A stretch of DNA of 64,000 nt, taken from an uncultured virus (IMG/VR IMGVR_UViG_2061766007_000689) (lineage: Duplodnaviria; Heunggongvirae; Uroviricota; Caudoviricetes). Shown in pieces: positions 61,294 to 64,000 of the stretch. The translations under genes and the position numbers were made by a program. The stretch lies in the IMG/VR virus record IMGVR_UViG_2061766007_000689; one strand, given 5' to 3'. Below the pieces are notes generated by a model that was not told the DNA's origin, made no database searches, and was given only the letters and a program-made list of their open reading frames with translations. Numbering within the stretch: position 1 is the first letter of the stretch; every line of letters starts with the position of its first letter.

Positions 61294-62269
61294 CAAACGC
61301 CCGGAAAGCTCAGGCTCGGCTTGGGAAGACTTTCAGAACTTTACAAACAGGGGAGTGACTAATGCTTATAAGGGTGCAGGTGATGACACCGCACGCCGCC
61401 TTATGAACATAGGAGCGCCTAAGGAGCTGGCTGACCTTGTTAGAGATTACATAATGCTGACAAGTGAGGGCAGGTCAGTTGATGAAAACGGCAAGGAGCA
61501 TCAGCACTGGTTCGGTGGGAATAGAGCCAGCCGTGAGGTTCTTGCTCAAAGCATACTTGATATGGTCAAGCAGCTTATGAATGGCGTACAGCCGTCATAC
61601 TTGAGCAAAGAAAGTGTTACTGGAAGCACGGATGCTGACGGCAACAAGATACAGGCAGGTGTTGTATCTTGGAAGCAGTATCTTGGTGCCCTTAAGACGT
61701 TCAACCCGAATGACTTATACGTCAGCGGTATGTACCCTCTTCCGGTGCCGCGCAAGGGTAATACGAGCAGTGACATGGACCAGACAGCTGAGACACTTAA
61801 GGCATGGGTACGTGAGATAGTGTCATGGGATGATAAGCTTGGTGCATGGAGCGCACATGCTAAGAAGAAACCTGCCGGAGATAATGCAACAGGTATGTCT
61901 GCCGCACTTGACAGGATGTCAGCCAGTATGTCCGGACTTGACTCTGGTGCGCTTAGTGTGCCTGAAAAAGCCGTACAGAATCTTGAGCCAATCATTAAAA
62001 GCTGCTACAGTATGGCGCAGAACGGCGATATTGGTGGCGAGCTTAAGCAGCGTGTTGAAAGCCGTCTGGAAGCTATGAGGCAGTTCATAGACAGGGATAC
62101 TGACCATTATGCAATACGCTTTGTAGGGTATGTGCTTGTAAACAAGCAGACATATCCTTATACGTTAGGCTGGCTTAATGACTGTGGACTTCCTACAGAC
62201 AGTGTTACAGTGAGTGCTCTGATAGATGCATATAACAGAGGCAACTTTGCCAGCTACGGAGGTAATTGA
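61283..62269 (+). CDS. Hypothetical virion protein
   Basis: 328 aa; coupled to its neighbours. Confidence 0.7.
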   Translation: MADNKRPESSGSAWEDFQNFTNRGVTNAYKGAGDDTARRLMNIGAPKELADLVRDYIMLTSEGRSVDENGKEHQHWFGGNRASREVLAQSILDMVKQLMNGVQPSYLSKESVTGSTDADGNKIQAGVVSWKQYLGALKTFNPNDLYVSGMYPLPVPRKGNTSSDMDQTAETLKAWVREIVSWDDKLGAWSAHAKKKPAGDNATGMSAALDRMSASMSGLDSGALSVPEKAVQNLEPIIKSCYSMAQNGDIGGELKQRVESRLEAMRQFIDRDTDHYAIRFVGYVLVNKQTYPYTLGWLNDCGLPTDSVTVSALIDAYNRGNFASYGGN

Positions 62270-62931
62270 ATATGACAGTAGGTATGGCACTTGATGCTAT
62301 TAAGCTTGTAATGGCACTTAAAGGAAATGACTTGGTTAAGGCTGCAGCAGGAGCGGCGAAAGGTGACCCTAAGAGCATTGCAGAGCTCGGCAAAGTGCTC
62401 GGCGAGAAGTTTGGCGATGACCTTGACCCTAGTGACATAAGCACTATCGCTCAGGCTGCTGTGGCGGAACGCGACGGCGGAAGCGCCTTTGACCTTCCGG
62501 GTGTCTCTTTGGACACTATCAATGAGATAGGTATGGGTAAGCCTCTGGATTACGCACTTGAGGCAGGTGTTAATCTTGCCACTGCAGCTGCTAGGGGATA
62601 CGCTGACCAGCGCCGTCTTGACGCTGACGCGCTTGCATCCGTGCTGCTACGGAAGGCTGCACGCCGTGCTGAAAGCCCATATAGTCAGGGTCTTCTTGAA
62701 GATATGTACCGTGCTCAGGCTGCAAGATACAACAGAGATAATCTCAATGTTGCTCAGTACATTGATAAGGCTGCTGATGCTGTTAATGCCACTTATGGCA
62801 GGTACCGTGCTGACAAGGACTACACCCGTGGTCAGAAGATGGCGCACATCAATCCTATGTCAGGCAACCGTTCGCTTGCCGAGGTGCGTCAGGCTGAGAT
62901 TGCACGGCGTATCAGTGAGATGAATAAATAA
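62266..62931 (+). CDS. Ala-rich helical protein, ejection-protein-like
   Basis: Amino-acid composition and gene context. Confidence 0.6.
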   Translation: MNMTVGMALDAIKLVMALKGNDLVKAAAGAAKGDPKSIAELGKVLGEKFGDDLDPSDISTIAQAAVAERDGGSAFDLPGVSLDTINEIGMGKPLDYALEAGVNLATAAARGYADQRRLDADALASVLLRKAARRAESPYSQGLLEDMYRAQAARYNRDNLNVAQYIDKAADAVNATYGRYRADKDYTRGQKMAHINPMSGNRSLAEVRQAEIARRISEMNK

Positions 62932-62945
62932 GGGAGCAGACAGCT

Positions 62946-63938
62946 ATGGCAGTAGTAGGTGAGTCAATAGGAAGGGCGCTTGTAAGTAAAGCCTTAGGTG
63001 AATCAGGTGGTGAATCAAAAGGGTATACTCCGAGTGATGCTTCTACATATACAGGTGGAATGGGGTCAAGACCAAACCCCAATGAGCATATAAGTGCCGC
63101 TGATAGCGAGGTAGCCGGAGGTCAGGCTGACCTCAGGGATAATTATGGTGTTGCCTCTGCACGTACTGATGACATAAGAGCAGAAGGAAATGCTGTAACC
63201 AAAAGTGAGCTTGACCCACAGGGCACAGGACGTAACCTTGCCAAGAATGATTATGATGATGATAACCTGAACAACAGGGGCTTTAACCATACGCTGAGCC
63301 TTTCAAGGCAGGCGGATGCTTACAACAATAAGCCTAGGTACACTAACGTGCGTACTACTAATGGCAGCGGCGGTCACACATATGTGGATGCAGGTCTTGA
63401 CAGACCTAAGCTTGAGACGCAGGAAATGCGCCAGATGCGTACCAACGAGCAGCTTTCTGCACGCCAGCGTCAGCTCAGGCAGGACCTTCAGCATCTCGTC
63501 AACAAGAAGGACTACGACCTGTTCGTTGCATGGTATCAGCAGAAGTACGGTCTCAATCTCAACCTTACGCAGGCTGAGCAGTCGGTTATTACGTTCAACC
63601 GTACACAGCAGATTGCGAATATTATTATGCAGAACCATCAGATGTACACGGAGTATCTTCGCGGATACATTGGTGCACAGCTTGCTGCGTATATTACATC
63701 GAAAGCAGGAAAAGGTGACTATATATGGACATCACTCTTCATGCAGGCATATGGCATGGCAGGTAGACCTGCTCAGCTTATGGATTACTGGGAAGAGCAG
63801 CGTGTCAAACAAGTCTATGACCTAGCGCCTAAGATTGGTGGCAACCCTGTGTCCATGCTTAATAACATGACATATGCGTTTAGCAATATGCCTTCACAGT
63901 TGGGCAATGTACAGCAGATGCTTAATGACAAGAAATAG
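62946..63938 (+). CDS. Gly/Gln-rich protein, ejection-protein-like
   Basis: GGGAG RBS; 330 aa. Confidence 0.65.
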   Translation: MAVVGESIGRALVSKALGESGGESKGYTPSDASTYTGGMGSRPNPNEHISAADSEVAGGQADLRDNYGVASARTDDIRAEGNAVTKSELDPQGTGRNLAKNDYDDDNLNNRGFNHTLSLSRQADAYNNKPRYTNVRTTNGSGGHTYVDAGLDRPKLETQEMRQMRTNEQLSARQRQLRQDLQHLVNKKDYDLFVAWYQQKYGLNLNLTQAEQSVITFNRTQQIANIIMQNHQMYTEYLRGYIGAQLAAYITSKAGKGDYIWTSLFMQAYGMAGRPAQLMDYWEEQRVKQVYDLAPKIGGNPVSMLNNMTYAFSNMPSQLGNVQQMLNDKK

Positions 63939-64000
63939 GAGGAATCATGCTACAGGTAGATATAGTACCGTTTGCCAGTGACGCGCTTGAAGACGCTATG

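Noticed and set aside
389..63825. Many antisense and off-frame ORFs in the track (for example 22919-23641, 19785-20540, 50264-50842)
   Set aside because: They shadow well-supported genes and lack an RBS or protein-like motifs; the 16564/16569 pair is the exception.
1..64000. Stop-codon reassignment
   Set aside because: Core genes (polA, terL, portal) are full length in the standard code, and TAA, TAG and TGA all end genes.

Overview
A 64-kb piece of a tailed dsDNA phage genome, assembled as a scaffold with many N gaps. There is no integrase, repressor, CRISPR array or reverse transcriptase in the window. The host is probably a diderm and possibly a Treponema-like spirochaete; this is inferred from the SSB type and a spirochaete-style lipobox. 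Layout: rightward virion and lysis genes (about 2.6-18.1 kb, and 47.5-64 kb with ParB-like, terminase, probable portal, tail and internal proteins); a leftward replication and early arm (18.1-46.7 kb: family A polymerase, two SSBs, Tad2-like, DUF5664, helicase-primase, SNF2 helicase, PD-(D/E)xK nuclease and many small ORFs); and a non-coding divergence region at 46.7-47.5 kb. Bases 1-2630 are scaffolded in the wrong orientation, because the reverse complement of 1-50 equals 2642-2691. Most notable observations: (1) four tRNA-shaped elements that keep the acceptor and T arms and a D-like arm but have a deleted or collapsed anticodon arm, three of them in a promoter-driven non-coding RNA cluster; (2) two almost fully overlapping exported coiled-coil genes that start 5 nt apart (atypical spanin pair) next to a lipase; (3) orphan S74-type SDxRxK cleavage motifs in head-region proteins; (4) an ATTAATTAAT box at fixed spacing from -10 elements; (5) complementary terminal motifs along the fibre genes. 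All family assignments come from motifs recognised by eye; no database searches were run.
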